64,000 nucleotides of DNA from Utricularia gibba (lineage: Eukaryota; Plantae; Magnoliophyta), in the NCBI GenBank assembly GCA_002189035.1, contig CM007992.1, forward strand, positions 1,364,001 to 1,428,000. The letters are read 5' to 3'. The notes beneath the pieces were generated by a model. It was not told where the DNA came from. It saw only the letters and a program-made list of their open reading frames with translations, and did not search any database. The stretch's first letter is position 1, and the number at the start of each line of letters is the position of its first letter. The translations under genes and the position numbers were made by a program. Positions 1 to 11,878 of this stretch are shown in pieces.

Positions 1-3000
1 CATTATTCGGTAACGTGTTTCCTTGTGCTTCCTTCTGCTGACTGCAACCATATTTTGCAACTCCAGTGTCAAATGGGGTAACGTTTTTGAAGTCTTTATG
101 AGCCTGCTTGGAAATTATTGTCGTTCCAACAGCGTCCTGCATGATGATGCATAGTGCTCAGTTGAAAACAGTGAGAGAAACTAGATCAGGTGATGGAACA
201 GTTACAGGTTCAAAATCCAAACGGCTAGACTGCAATCAGCCATTAATTCAAGCACGCCACAAGTAGCAGTTACCAACATTTTAAACAATGTTAAATCACC
301 ATAAATAATTTTTGAAAAATAAAAGTTGCAGCAGCATAAAGCATAAATTGAAAAAAAAAACAAAAAATACAGACTGGTTCAAGGGATGCGTCCTTGAACT
401 AAAATAGAATAATGATTGTTTTCTAAACACATTACCTTCACATCTCGGAAAAACGCTTTTAAACTTTTGAGGGATTCATCAAAGGAACTGTACAGCTTAA
501 TAGACTTGCGCAGCCACTTTGATATATATGCTCTATTTCGCTCCCTATGAAAGCGCTCATCTGCAATTCAAAAGGTCCATAACACAATTACAATGTCAAT
601 ACACCAAAGCTGTAGATCAGTTGAAAGATCAGGAATGCCAAGCCAAACTTTGTCGTTCGGGCAAATAAATGAAGAATGTCAATTGATTCAGAGTTAATCA
701 AGGTGAAACAACATTTACTTTAATTTTGACAACTCAGAGTGTATCTGTTAACTAGTGATCTTTAGATATAAAAAAGTGATAGTTCAGGCCCACCTAGTAA
801 GATGACAGCTCCATGATCAAATCTGTGGCGTATGCAACGACCTAAAATTTTGAGCATGAAAAGAAAAAATTACAAAGAATTCACTTGATTTTAATTACTA
901 GACAAAAATCACAATTCAAAATTAATCCCAACATCCTAAACGTCAAGCCTTACCATATTACCAGGTTTAAGTTTTAATAATAAGCCCAACCAACACCACG
1001 GTTATACAGCAGACAAGAAAGGTGCCATGCATTTCCCGGAGCATCATGGAATATCACTTTGTATACTGTTGACAGGAAACAAAGAATTACCTATAGCTTG
1101 GTTTACAGCTCTGAATGCTTGCTGACAGTACCATTCATTCCCATTTACAAGATTTTTTGACAGCTCATGTGTATCATTGAACTTCTTTTTCTGGGCAACC
1201 TTAACTTCATGACTAGAAATAAAATGATAAAAAAAACAGATATTAATACTAACGCCAACAACACAATAGTCATGGAAGTCAAAGGAGACCAGTGATCTTA
1301 CATATTTGGAAAGGGAATACCAATCATCACCTAGTATAGTTAAAGCAAAACAGCTGACAAAGAACTCTATAGTTTTTGAATAATTTAGTAACTACAAACG
1401 CTTAAAAGCATTAAACAACATTTAAACTACTGAAGGATACAACAGCCCGTGCGTTATCATTTGAGAAATCCATTCCTTCTGATACCTGTAAAAATGGAAA
1501 GCCCTGGTGATAGAATTTTCGTTCACAAGGTCACGAGCATGGAAAACAGAATATTAAAAGCATTACCTTACCACGGCAAACAGCCAAAAATGCAGCGCCT
1601 TCTTTCTTAAAATCCTTAGATGATTTCACCATGGTGCCAGTTTTAATACCCAACCTTTTAGACCGTGATTTCATCCCCTTATGGACTGAATCATAATACT
1701 TCCTTAACACTTCATCAAAAGCGTCTTGACTGCTTCTTCTAGGTTCTAAATCCAAATACCCCACCCCATTAGTAAAATAAGTAGCATAAGCTACATACTG
1801 CCAAAGGATCATAGAAGAAAGGGCACATATAACTTGTCTTTGAGCAGATTTTGTGAATGAGTTGGTCTCACGATTGGTTCATCGTGAGACTAAAAAAACA
1901 AAAACTTCATGCTACGGTTCGCTGCCGTACAGGTGAGAAAGAGCAAACACCACAAGTTGCATAACGAATGATGATGATATGTGGAATGGATTCGAATAAT
2001 CTTACCAACAAAGACAGTCTTCTTTGTATTAAGTCGGCCCCATTGACCTGTTATTTTCCATCGTTTGCTCATCTTATCCAGAAGCTTGTAGCTAGGAAAA
2101 AATACAAGGCATCCACCAGGAACAATGTCGAATATTTCCTCCAAGGATTTACCAATTGCATCCTGGGCAAGACAATAAATATCAACATTTTGCAACCATG
2201 AGCACATTGACTGTAAAAGCTAGCACAGTAGTACCTGAAAATCTAATGCATCAGCAGTTCTGTAACTTGCATTTAGAGGATAATCACCGGGTCCATTCGC
2301 AATTGCAGCTACCCACACCTGCAAACAGCAGAAACCGATAAAACAAGTAAAGATACTTCAGAACTGAGCTTCTAAGATTATAAAGAGAGAAAATCACCTG
2401 TGAATTGACATCAATCACGTGTGGGGCTTCCAGACAAGCACCAAATTGTATTCCAAGTTCGGAAGAGAATGAACTTAGTGGTGAAAGAGTCCTGAGTTGA
2501 GAAGGATGAAAGAACTTAATAAAAAAAGAAAGCTCCCCATATGCAAGGATACTTTCATAACACTTCTAGTAAGGTACATTCATGGGTAATATTTTCAGTT
2601 GAGTAATGCCATAAAACTTCATAAATTAATCTCAAAAATTGGCAGCCGACAATAATTGATAAAGAACAACCACCTCAATAAACAATGTCGGAAACACCAT
2701 AAACATAGAAGGCACCAACATTTACACAGTATTAAGTTCAAATTGACTGTACTAGGATATCCGGAAATTCGAAAACTACACTTTTGCATACCCAGAAGTC
2801 AGAATCACAGACTGAGAAACTTCCGCTATGCTTTTGAAAACAACAGAAGGATTTAAGCACCACAAACTTAGCACAGTAGTCCATCCACCTGCACACATTG
2901 TGAAATAAAATGAAAGAAATTTTCAGTTCAAAAAAGAAAATGAAGCAGTAAACAAAGTAATTGAGTGAAGAGAAGAACAGCAAACAAAGATCAACTAATG

Positions 3001-5902
3001 TGAATTCACCTTCGTCCATCGCATATCTTTGTAGTGCAAGTTCATAGTTACTTGTATTGATGCCATTCCCAGAGAAAAAGTAATTGAGTGAAGAGAACAG
3101 CCCTGAAAAGTACTCGAATCACGATGGATAAAAGACTCTAACTAAGAAAAAGGTGGAGGCTACCTTCCAGTGTATTAGCGGCCATTCCACTCAAATGTGC
3201 AGAAACCTCTGAATTACCATCCACTGACTCAGCCTCTGAAGCAGCTTTAATGGCCTACGGGAAATAAAATCACCAGATAAATTAGAACCACAGAAATATA
3301 GAGTATACAGACAGCTTCCTGGTGGGATAAACTTTAAACGACATTTCCCTCCCCAAGTTTCTGGACTACCTTTTTGGCGCACTCGTACAAGATTGTAAAA
3401 TTTTGAAGTGTTATATTCGCATCTTGTAGCTCCTTTAATGCCTTATCACCAGTCCAACTAAAGCATGATGAAAAAACAACATCCTTAACGTTAATTTTCT
3501 CAAGCTAAAACAAATGGAAAATCCAGAAAACACTACAAATCATGTTCCACTATAAAACTATCAGAAAGAAGGTGGATTCACAACCACACTTATGTAGTAG
3601 AGTTACTGACCAACTATAGTAGTGCTGAAATTCCTGCTTAATCAGTGTAGGCACTTTCCGGCCAATCCAGCTCGTAATGTCCTGAAAATTTAACTGCGTT
3701 TCTTGATGCTGTAAAAAATAGTGATAAAAATCAAAAGGACATCTTAAACACCTGTGTCATCTCGACAAGAGGCTGATAAGCAATGGCATCGTTGAGGGCC
3801 AACATCTCCAACTCCCTTTCCAATTCTAAATGGCAGAAGGGAGGCGTCACATCATAAAAGACGAAGAATTAAAAAAAACGCAGGCCTGTTCACTTACGAA
3901 GCAAGGCTTCTTCAGTAATATCAGCACTTCCAGCATCACGAGCACCATCTTCAATATTACTAGAATATGTATTCAAGGTTATGAGATAAAGATACAGGAT
4001 AACGTCCAGAAAAATAAAGGAAGAAATACCAAAGATTCTAAATATTTCCTATGACAGCTAACAACAGAAGAATGATATTTCCTATGACCGTGAAAGAATG
4101 ACATCTAAATATGTTGAATCTCAGTTAAAGGACATTAATACAATATGGCAACAATTCTGCAGCAGAAAGATAATCTAGAAAACTCTTATGCGCTAGTGTA
4201 TAATCAGACAGATTCAACATACTGCGCTTCATCAAAAATGATTACACTCTGACTTATGTCAACTTCCATAGCATCTCGTATAATCGGATTGATGATGTAA
4301 TTATATGGGCAGAAGACCAACTCAGCATCTTGTGCCATAGTACGTGCGGCAAAATAGGAGCACCCTGAAAAAAAAAAAAAAAAGCTCTTCTAGAGGCCTA
4401 TAAAATGCATTTGATATTGGTATATGATGCATTACCCTTGGCTGGGAAGTCTAATTAGTGTTTTAGAGAGCATTACCCTTGACCACTCGACCAATTTTGA
4501 CAAGATCTTCAATATCATGAACCTCGTGGCTACCTCCCTTCTGAAGAGAATGGTGGCCTACAAGCTTATTGACATTCCTAGCACAAGAAAGGCTTAGTTT
4601 AGGCGTTTTACTGCACAAAAAGATAACACAAATGACAACTACATGCATCTTAAAAAAACATACTTGAAATATGGGCAGGAATCTTCTTTATTCTTCAAAA
4701 GCAGCTTACTGAAAATCAGGAAATGCGTTAGAACAGGGACAAATGTAGTAATATTTTGCATCAGTAGGATTAGACGCAACCATTGTTCATCGACATTATC
4801 ATTCCCTTGAACGCAGGGATTTGTACAATAATGTCGTCTGGATCCCTAAAAGAATGCCAAGGGGTTGAGAGATATACACCATAATTTATGGGATAGCATC
4901 AAAAGTAATGAAACAACAAACAAAGCATTCATGTTGCTGGTCCAAGATGTAACCCATCCTTGAATTTTTTATAAAAAATCCAGCCTTTTGAAAACAAAAC
5001 AACAGCATGTGTGCAGCAGGAAACCCCACCAAAACAGCCATGGTAACACGATACGTGGTTTTCTTGTACTCCCGGATTACTTGACTGATCTGACCATGCG
5101 TTCGCCTAATAAAAGCAACTCAATTTGCTTAGGATATCGGTTAAAAATATTTGCCAGTAGTGCAACGTATATTGAAGTGCAAATAATTATCCATAACTAG
5201 ATGGACATTTCAAATAGTATAGAGATGAATCATACGAAGCATAAAAGATAGTAGGAGCAGCCCTCCTCTTTTCCTTTTTTGAGGTATTCATGGCAGGAGG
5301 TGTTCCATTTCCTGAAGAATATATTGATCAGAAGAATAAAATAGAGAAACAGGGAACCGCGCCAATCTTCTCAGAGCCAAACCTGGTTGTTGAGTCTCAG
5401 GAATGAAACCGCCTCCGCAATTAACTGGGTCCGTAATGGCCTCAGAATTTGCCCTCGAACTCGCATTCGCCAACATTCCATTAGGATTCTTCAGTTTCTG
5501 GTTCTTCTGCCATGCGAGTACAGAGCAAAGCAACGAAAGGGACTTTCCCGTACCCGTCGGGGACTCTAGTAGCGCGTGGCAGTGCCCCTCTCTCGCGGAT
5601 CGATCGAGAGTCGATATCACCCGATTCATGAACGCTAGTTGAGTCCCGTAGGGAGGGTAAGGGAACTCAACCGGAATTCCAGCTATGTGAACGACGCTTG
5701 TCGCACCACCTAAGGAGAACGGAAGAGTTCTAGTCGAAACTTTTGTCGACAGAGTAACATCTGGCGAACAAGGGGAATCTTCCATTTCCTTTTCATTGGC
5801 ATTTATCTTGTTTGCGAACGAGGAAGCTCTCCTCCTCCTGACATTGCGACAAGTTCTAGTTTTAGCGTTCAGCGACGACCTCGATGAGGGGGAATCCTCC
5901 AT
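1..5902 (-). CDS. FANCJ: FANCJ/BRIP1-like Fe-S DEAH helicase (XPD/RAD3 family), multi-exon, 3' end beyond the window edge
   Basis: Exon 1 reads VEFPYPPYGTQLAFMNRVISTLDR..HALLESPTGTGKSLSLLC (Q motif, Walker A). Spliced exons give SRTHGQ, four Fe-S cysteines (YCTNP, EQC, SCPY, GCSY), IIFDEAH, VFFPSY, AVCRGKVSEGMDF and QAIGRCIRH, joined by GT-AG introns. The last exon stays open at position 1. Confidence 0.95.
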
Positions 5903-6060
5903 CGCCTGTGTGCGCGGTCACAAATAGAAGCTCTTCTCCCACACCACCCACCAGAAAACTACTATAAACGTTAACAAGGATTCTGTCAAGAAACGGCGGT
6001 GATGAAGAGACAGACTACTTCAAGCATCTGCTTTGCCGAGGAGGTATCGGAGTTCGCGAA

Positions 6061-6069
6061 GGCGGGAAA
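6061..6069 (-). promoter_or_regulatory. E2F binding site (TTTCCCGCC) upstream of FANCJ
   Basis: GGCGGGAAA at 6061-6069 is the canonical plant E2F motif, ~160 bp upstream of the ATG of a DNA replication/repair gene. Site-II-like GGCCCG/AGCCCA motifs lie nearby (~6120-6150). Confidence 0.65.
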
Positions 6070-7126
6070 TCAAAATTATCCTGAAACCGAAAAAAGTGAC
6101 AACACAACCACCCAGAAAAGGGCCGAGATTGGGCGGCCCGAAGCCCAATTTAAATGCCCACCATTTTATTGCCCACTACACGACACTGCAATCATCTCCA
6201 AATGCCTCTTTGGTATCATTTAATATTTAAAATTTTATGAATAATTTTGTTTAATTTTACTTAAAAATTATTAAATTTCTTGAATTTTATTTTAGTTATT
6301 AAATAAGATATTATACATTAAAGTATAAGATATATATATTTTTTACTATTAAATTACATAATAATTAAATATATTAAATTTTACAATATAATTTTATAAT
6401 AACATAAAAAATAATTTTACAATTTTAAATTTGATTCTATTCTATATAATTTAAAATATAGCTTCAAATTACAGAAAATTGTCTTAATGTTTTCGAAATT
6501 ATAATTATTTTAATATTAATCATCTAGATCAACTGGATTAAACGATACAATCAAGAATTAATCATAAAAAATATTTGATTGAGTATCCAATCTTTCTATT
6601 CTATTAATGGCATTTTCTATCCAACCCTAATCATAAATAGATTATTTTGGCAATAAGCATTCAAAATATTCAAATCTTAAAGACTACCTTAACAAAATAA
6701 TTTTTTAAAAAATAAAAATAAAATTAAGTAACTATTTTCTAGGGTTAAAAATAGTATTTTTAGGTACATATTCAAAAGCATTTTTGATAGAAGTAAAAAG
6801 TAGAAATAAATTGTGATTTATCAATAAATAATTTTATTTTTTATAAAGTTAAAATAAATTTCAAACAAAGTTTGGAATACTGTTTGAATATTGTAAATCT
6901 GTAAAACATTGAAATACCTATATTAAGAGTACATAGAATTCAAATTTTATTTGAGATAACTAAAATTAAAATATCAGAATTATTGCATTGAATTCCAACT
7001 TCCAAAGACTATGAACTATTAAAGATCAAATTGACATCAACCAATAATTACAATACTATTTTAATTACGACTCCATTAGATATTTACTATCCCATGTAAT
7101 ATCATAGTGATCAATCTCATTTTTGC

Positions 7127-7160
7127 ATATATATATATATATATGTATATATCTATATAT
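7127..7160. repeat. (AT)n microsatellite
   Basis: Perfect (AT)9 at 7127-7144 followed by an imperfect extension. Confidence 0.85.
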
Positions 7161-9127
7161 TTAATTGGTATATTTCTGTTTTTGGTGCATAAATTACCTT
7201 TTCTTTTGTACATTTTTGATTGATATAAATGGTAACATAATCTATTGTTATCAATTTATAAGTCATTCCAATGTTTTATTAAACTGAAATTTTCTACTTA
7301 TTAAAAAACTATATTTATATTAAGTTTTTATTTGAAACGGTTTTTAATTTTGAAAAAATGTTTCATAAATAGTTATATCATCAATTTTATTCAAAAAAAA
7401 ATTAAAAAATAATTTTTATTTTTAAAAAGTTATAAAGATCTAAATTAAATTTTTATTAAAATTACTTTTTCAAATTTTTTAGAAATAAAACTAAATTGGT
7501 CTTAATTAAAATTCGAAATATCATATATCCTACTCTAAAACCAATCGTTGATCCACATATTGATTTTTAGTTTACTCTGTATTAATTATATTCTTTAAAT
7601 CATACATCTTTTATATATAATATTTCTATTCAATTTAATATATTTAAATAAAAATAAAAGAAGAAATACTTTTGATGTGATAAAAAGCATAAAATGAATG
7701 GTCATCTTATAAAAACAATAGCAAAAATAACTATTGATTTGTTGTGAGAGAGTTAAAATTTGATGCATCAACTATTAATATATCTAAGATATTGTTTGTT
7801 GGTTAAATTCAAATAATAGTTTTTTTAACTCAAAAGTTGAAAAAAATTCGGTGAGTGAAGGAATTTTGATCTCAATATCATAGTTGTGATAAAAATAATT
7901 AGTAATGTGACTTTCTCAAAATGAGATTCGAAAAAATGAGATTATTTATCATAAAAACCGCTTTCGAGAATTAAAATTTACCATTTCCATAAATAATTTC
8001 TAACCATTTAAATATAAAACTAGCACTCAAAAAATAAATTCAATTTTTTTTCATAACATATAATATTATCGCATTCACTAATTTTTACTATTTTTATAAA
8101 TTTGTTTCATCAATTTAATTTAATCTAGTTTATATATTTTAACATGAAAAAAATATATGAATTTTATTATTCTTTCATGCATTTGAATATAACTTATCAT
8201 GTTATTGATAAATAACATTATTTTTCAAATACTAGAATCAATGACCTCAATATCATAGTTATGATTTTTTGATTGAATTGCAATTGAAAACTTAAAAATA
8301 TAATACAATATGATACAAATATGAGATTATATCAACATCATACATTATGAAAAATGTAATAACATAAATTATCAATTTTCGAAACAAAAATGACAAGTTT
8401 GACATTGTATGCCCCAATTAACCCAAGAACCTGTTCAGAAACTGATAACGTCCAGGTTCGGTTTTGGAGAAGTGCCTGTAGCTCCTGGTTCATGGCTTCC
8501 TCCCATACGGGAACTCCCTTAGCCTGCACATAGGAAGAAGGTTCATCTATCAGAAAAACAGGCTCGGGAGAAAAATCCTCAACAGTCCGGATCTGGAGCG
8601 CAACATAATCCTGCATCCAGCGAGGAGGATTAATAAACCGGGAACTATGACGCCGCCCCACCACTGCATCAGACGTCGAAGAGAAGTGCGGAGAGGAACC
8701 CAAGACAGGGGAATCAATAGCTCCTGAAGTAGGAACATCGTCGCTGGCTGAGTCCTCAGTTTGGGCTGAGTCCGGCTGAAGACCAGAAGGAGCAGCAACT
8801 GAAGAGCCAGGGAATAAGTCGCCATCATCGTCCGGTAGGAGGAAAGGCAAAACCGAATCAATAGACGGTTCCTGCAGAGTACAACCCTTCAAAGGGAAAA
8901 TGTGTTCAAAAATGTTTTTCTCGATCATTTGTAAGCTTTGTGATCCAATGGGTAACCGAGAAAAACACATTTGCGTGCCCGCGGGGCTACTTTATCAGCC
9001 TGTGGATTCGATAAACCTGCAAAACATAGACAACCGAAGACTCTCAAGTGATCGAGAACCGGAGGCGTCCCCATAAGCCTTGCAAAGGGGGAATCCCATT
9101 GTAACACAGCAGTGGGGAGACGATTGA

Positions 9128-11443
9128 TCAAATGGGTAGCAGCCAGAACCGCATCCCCCAAAAACCCTTCGGCAAGCCTGATTGAAGCATAAGAGCACGG
9201 GTGATTTCGAGAAGGTGTTTATGTTTGCATTCCACTCTGCCATTCTGCTGAGCACGGTTGGTACAGGTGTATTGATGCAAAATCCTTTGGCTCGAGCAAA
9301 GCTGACGCATCTGCGCATTAAGAAATTCACCTCCCTTGTCACTGCGGATTTGTTTTACGTCAGCCCTAAATTGCCTGTGGAAGAAGCGAAGCATCCTAGC
9401 AATGTGGTCACCAGCCTCAAACTTGCATTTCAACAGGACGGTCCAGGTGCTACGCGTGTGGTCATCAAGTATGGTTAAAAAATACCGTGTTCCATGGATC
9501 GTGTCAACCTTGTATGGCCCCCAAAGATCACAATGGAGGAGGAAAAATTTATCCGGGGCAAGCGAGTCACTCAAAGAGAAGGAAGGCCTCTGGAATCGAG
9601 AGAATTCGCAAATGTCACAGGGATGTCCCTGAAGTCCACAAGAGATAGGCATGTGGGCTGCCTTGGAGTCGGATAGGTGACCCAATCGACAATGCCAAAG
9701 CAAAGGGGGCATCAAAAGATGAAACCGAGCCACAAAACAAAACAGATTTAGTCCACAAGACATCAAACAAATGACCCAGGAAGCATCAGCATGTTGTAGC
9801 AGAGCCTTGGTGGTAGCTGCTCGAAAATGAGGTAAACAAGACCTGCTGTCGAGAATGTAGAGACCATCACGGACACGCCCCATGGCTAACACCCTATTGG
9901 AAACCTGGTCCTGCAGAACCCATCCAGCTTCAAACAAACGAAAAAGGACCTTCATGTCATTGGCCAGGCGATGCACAGAAAGCAAATTAAATTTGAAGGA
10001 AGGAACATAAAAGGTGTGTTGGAGTGTCATGTCATCCTGTAAGCGTACTGTCCCAACACCGAGAACATTGGCCATAGAACCATCAGGCAGTGAGATTGCA
10101 GCATTCCCAATATTCTGTGCCAGCTGAAATTGATACTTGGTATAGCAGACGTGGGTGGTAGCACCCGAGTCGATAATCCACTCCCAGGGTTTGCAAATGA
10201 AAGTATCAGTCACCCGACTACTCATGGACACCTCAATGGGAAGTATACCTGCAAAATGCGTGTGGCTCATAGTAGGATGCTGCGGGGAAGAGCCATGAAG
10301 CGGAGGGGCAGAGGTGTGCCCTGAGGAGCATAGTTTTCGAACTTCGAATTGCAAGGCCTGCAGCTCTTGTCGCAAGGAGCTGATGGTGGCATCTGATGAA
10401 TTTGTAGTTGAGGTGGAGTAAACTTCATCAATTGGAGTGTCAGCATGCATCACCTGACAAGAATAGGGAGCACTATGTCCTGAAGGACGAGTAGCCTTAA
10501 TCGCTCCCCCAGCAGACTGACCTATGTGCTGCACATTTGATTCCCGCTTCTTCCACCAAGAGGGATAATTACCGGTGAGAATAAAACAGGTTTCACGAGT
10601 GTGTCCCTGTTTCTTGCATTGATCACAATAACGACCATCACGTTTCTTAGCATTGCCAGTGAAGGAATTATTAGAAGACAGCTGACATGCAATGTTGGCA
10701 TCAAGAAAATGAGTATTCATAGCAGCATGACTAAAAGTATCAGCACTGCTTTGTTTTTCTTGCTCCACTTTGAGAAGGATAGAGTAGGCCTTGTCTACGG
10801 TGAGGCCATCCATCACAAGGATCTGATTCTTAATCGAATCATATCGGTCATTTAATCCTCGCAAGAACTGTGTCAATTTAGTGGGAGCAAAAACAGCAGC
10901 AGTAGGAACAAGTGCCGAACAGTTTATGCATGTTATATCAGGCGTAACCGTTTCCAAATCCTTCCATAACCCACTAAGCTTCGTGTAATACTCAGCTATA
11001 GAGAGACTGCCCTGCTTTAGGTGATAAAGATCATGCTGTATCTGATAGAATTGACTGTGATTCAATCTGCCATAGTGATTTTGCAAAGAAATCCATAGAT
11101 CATATGAACTAGAGGCGTTATTGAAGCTAGAAACCAGTCCCTTGGATATTGAATTTAGCAACCACGACATTATCATGTAGTCGTTGCGAATCCAGAGGTT
11201 ATACGTCGGATCCGTGATCGGAGGACAACGGATTTCACCGTCAATGAAAGCAAGTTTGTTCTTCGAGCCCAACGCCAAACGAACGTTTCGACGCCATTCA
11301 AAATAGTTCAGCGTGGTCAGGGGAGAGTTTACCAAGGCGATGTTAGGATGATCGGAACCGCTCAACATCAGCGGATCAGATCGATCGATGACTGCGCCAG
11401 CACCGAAAGCCGATGGCACAGGTTCTCCGGAAGTCGTATTCAT
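9128..11443 (-). CDS. copia gag-pol polyprotein (gag, zinc knuckle, protease, integrase); continues by frameshift into 8925-9161 and 8432-8970
   Basis: 771-aa ORF with copia gag start (DHPNIALVNSPLTTLNYFEWRRNVRLALGSKNKLAFIDG), CCHC knuckle CDQCKKQGHTRETC, protease WIIDSGATTHVC, integrase HHCC (WHCRLGH...CDIC) and DDE (HCDLWGP, IRSDKGGEF, NGRVE). Downstream frames give INRLP...RVFGCLCF...RKCVFLGY, with a small deletion after KAYK. Confidence 0.95.
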   Translation of the reverse strand: MNTTSGEPVPSAFGAGAVIDRSDPLMLSGSDHPNIALVNSPLTTLNYFEWRRNVRLALGSKNKLAFIDGEIRCPPITDPTYNLWIRNDYMIMSWLLNSISKGLVSSFNNASSSYDLWISLQNHYGRLNHSQFYQIQHDLYHLKQGSLSIAEYYTKLSGLWKDLETVTPDITCINCSALVPTAAVFAPTKLTQFLRGLNDRYDSIKNQILVMDGLTVDKAYSILLKVEQEKQSSADTFSHAAMNTHFLDANIACQLSSNNSFTGNAKKRDGRYCDQCKKQGHTRETCFILTGNYPSWWKKRESNVQHIGQSAGGAIKATRPSGHSAPYSCQVMHADTPIDEVYSTSTTNSSDATISSLRQELQALQFEVRKLCSSGHTSAPPLHGSSPQHPTMSHTHFAGILPIEVSMSSRVTDTFICKPWEWIIDSGATTHVCYTKYQFQLAQNIGNAAISLPDGSMANVLGVGTVRLQDDMTLQHTFYVPSFKFNLLSVHRLANDMKVLFRLFEAGWVLQDQVSNRVLAMGRVRDGLYILDSRSCLPHFRAATTKALLQHADASWVICLMSCGLNLFCFVARFHLLMPPLLWHCRLGHLSDSKAAHMPISCGLQGHPCDICEFSRFQRPSFSLSDSLAPDKFFLLHCDLWGPYKVDTIHGTRYFLTILDDHTRSTWTVLLKCKFEAGDHIARMLRFFHRQFRADVKQIRSDKGGEFLNAQMRQLCSSQRILHQYTCTNRAQQNGRVECKHKHLLEITRALMLQSGLPKGFWGMRFWLLPI

Positions 11444-11479
11444 GTTCTTGAATGGAAGACGTCGGGGATTGACGACCGT

Positions 11480-11497
11480 TCCACGCTCACCGCACCA
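11480..11497 (-). other. Primer-binding site complementary to the 3' end of cytosolic tRNA-Phe(GAA)
   Basis: Element strand TGGTGCGGTGAGCGTGGA directly follows the LTR CA. The plus strand TCCACGCTCACCGCACCA matches the recalled 3' 18 nt of plant tRNA-Phe (...GAUCCACGCUCACCGCACCA), including CCA. Confidence 0.85.
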
Positions 11498-11582
11498 TGT
11501 TCAAAGGTCGAACGAACAATTTTATTTTCTCTTCAATTGCCTTCGTATTTGTTCTACCCAACGTCCGTTCGACCTTTGAACA
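11498..11582 (-). repeat. 5' LTR, apparently 85 bp, with 17-bp perfect terminal inverted repeats
   Basis: TGTTCAAAGGTCGAACG (11498-11514) is the exact reverse complement of CGTTCGACCTTTGAACA (11566-11582), 19/20 when extended. The unit has TG..CA ends, abuts the PBS on one side and the TSD on the other, and contains AATAAA on the element strand. Confidence 0.85.
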
Positions 11583-11878
11583 GAACCTACTTTTTTCCAT
11601 CCCAAATCAATAATAATTGACATACAGAAGACTGAAGTAATTGCAATTTTGCATCAAGCTTCCGTTTTATAATAAGGTGATATGTCACTTATTGTAATTA
11701 TCAAACATATGTGTGACCTTTTGCAAATGTGCAAAAATGTAGGTGGCGCAAATGCAATTCTCCTAAAAAATATCTGGGAAATTGGTTTTTTTTTTTTAAA
11801 GAGGGCCCCCTCCATCAAAATCAAAAGGCAAAAGCCCAAAGCAATAGGTGAGGCATCAACAAAACAGCAACGTCGAAG

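Larger units (their letters stand above)
8432..11582 (-). mobile_element. Ty1/copia LTR retrotransposon (probably Ale/Retrofit-like), lacking RT/RNase H, PPT and all but 6 bp of a 3' LTR
   Basis: Flanked by GAACC at 8427-8431 and 11583-11587 (5-bp TSD). Termini are TGTTCA...TGAACA. Internal order is gag-PR-IN-start of RT (WEEAMNQELQALLQNRTWTL), which is the copia order. Confidence 0.93.

Noticed and set aside
8338-8431. ORF 8338-8970 continues past TWTL as SVSEQVLGLIGAYNVKL, with IG in the register of the RT motif PIGCKWV
   Set aside because: This part lies outside the TGAACA end and TSD. The other residues do not resemble RT although the upstream element is well conserved, so it is read-through into host DNA.
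11480-11497. tRNA-Phe-like sequence as a tRNA gene
   Set aside because: Only the 3' 18 nt including CCA are present, with no D or anticodon arms. Its position next to the LTR identifies it as a PBS.
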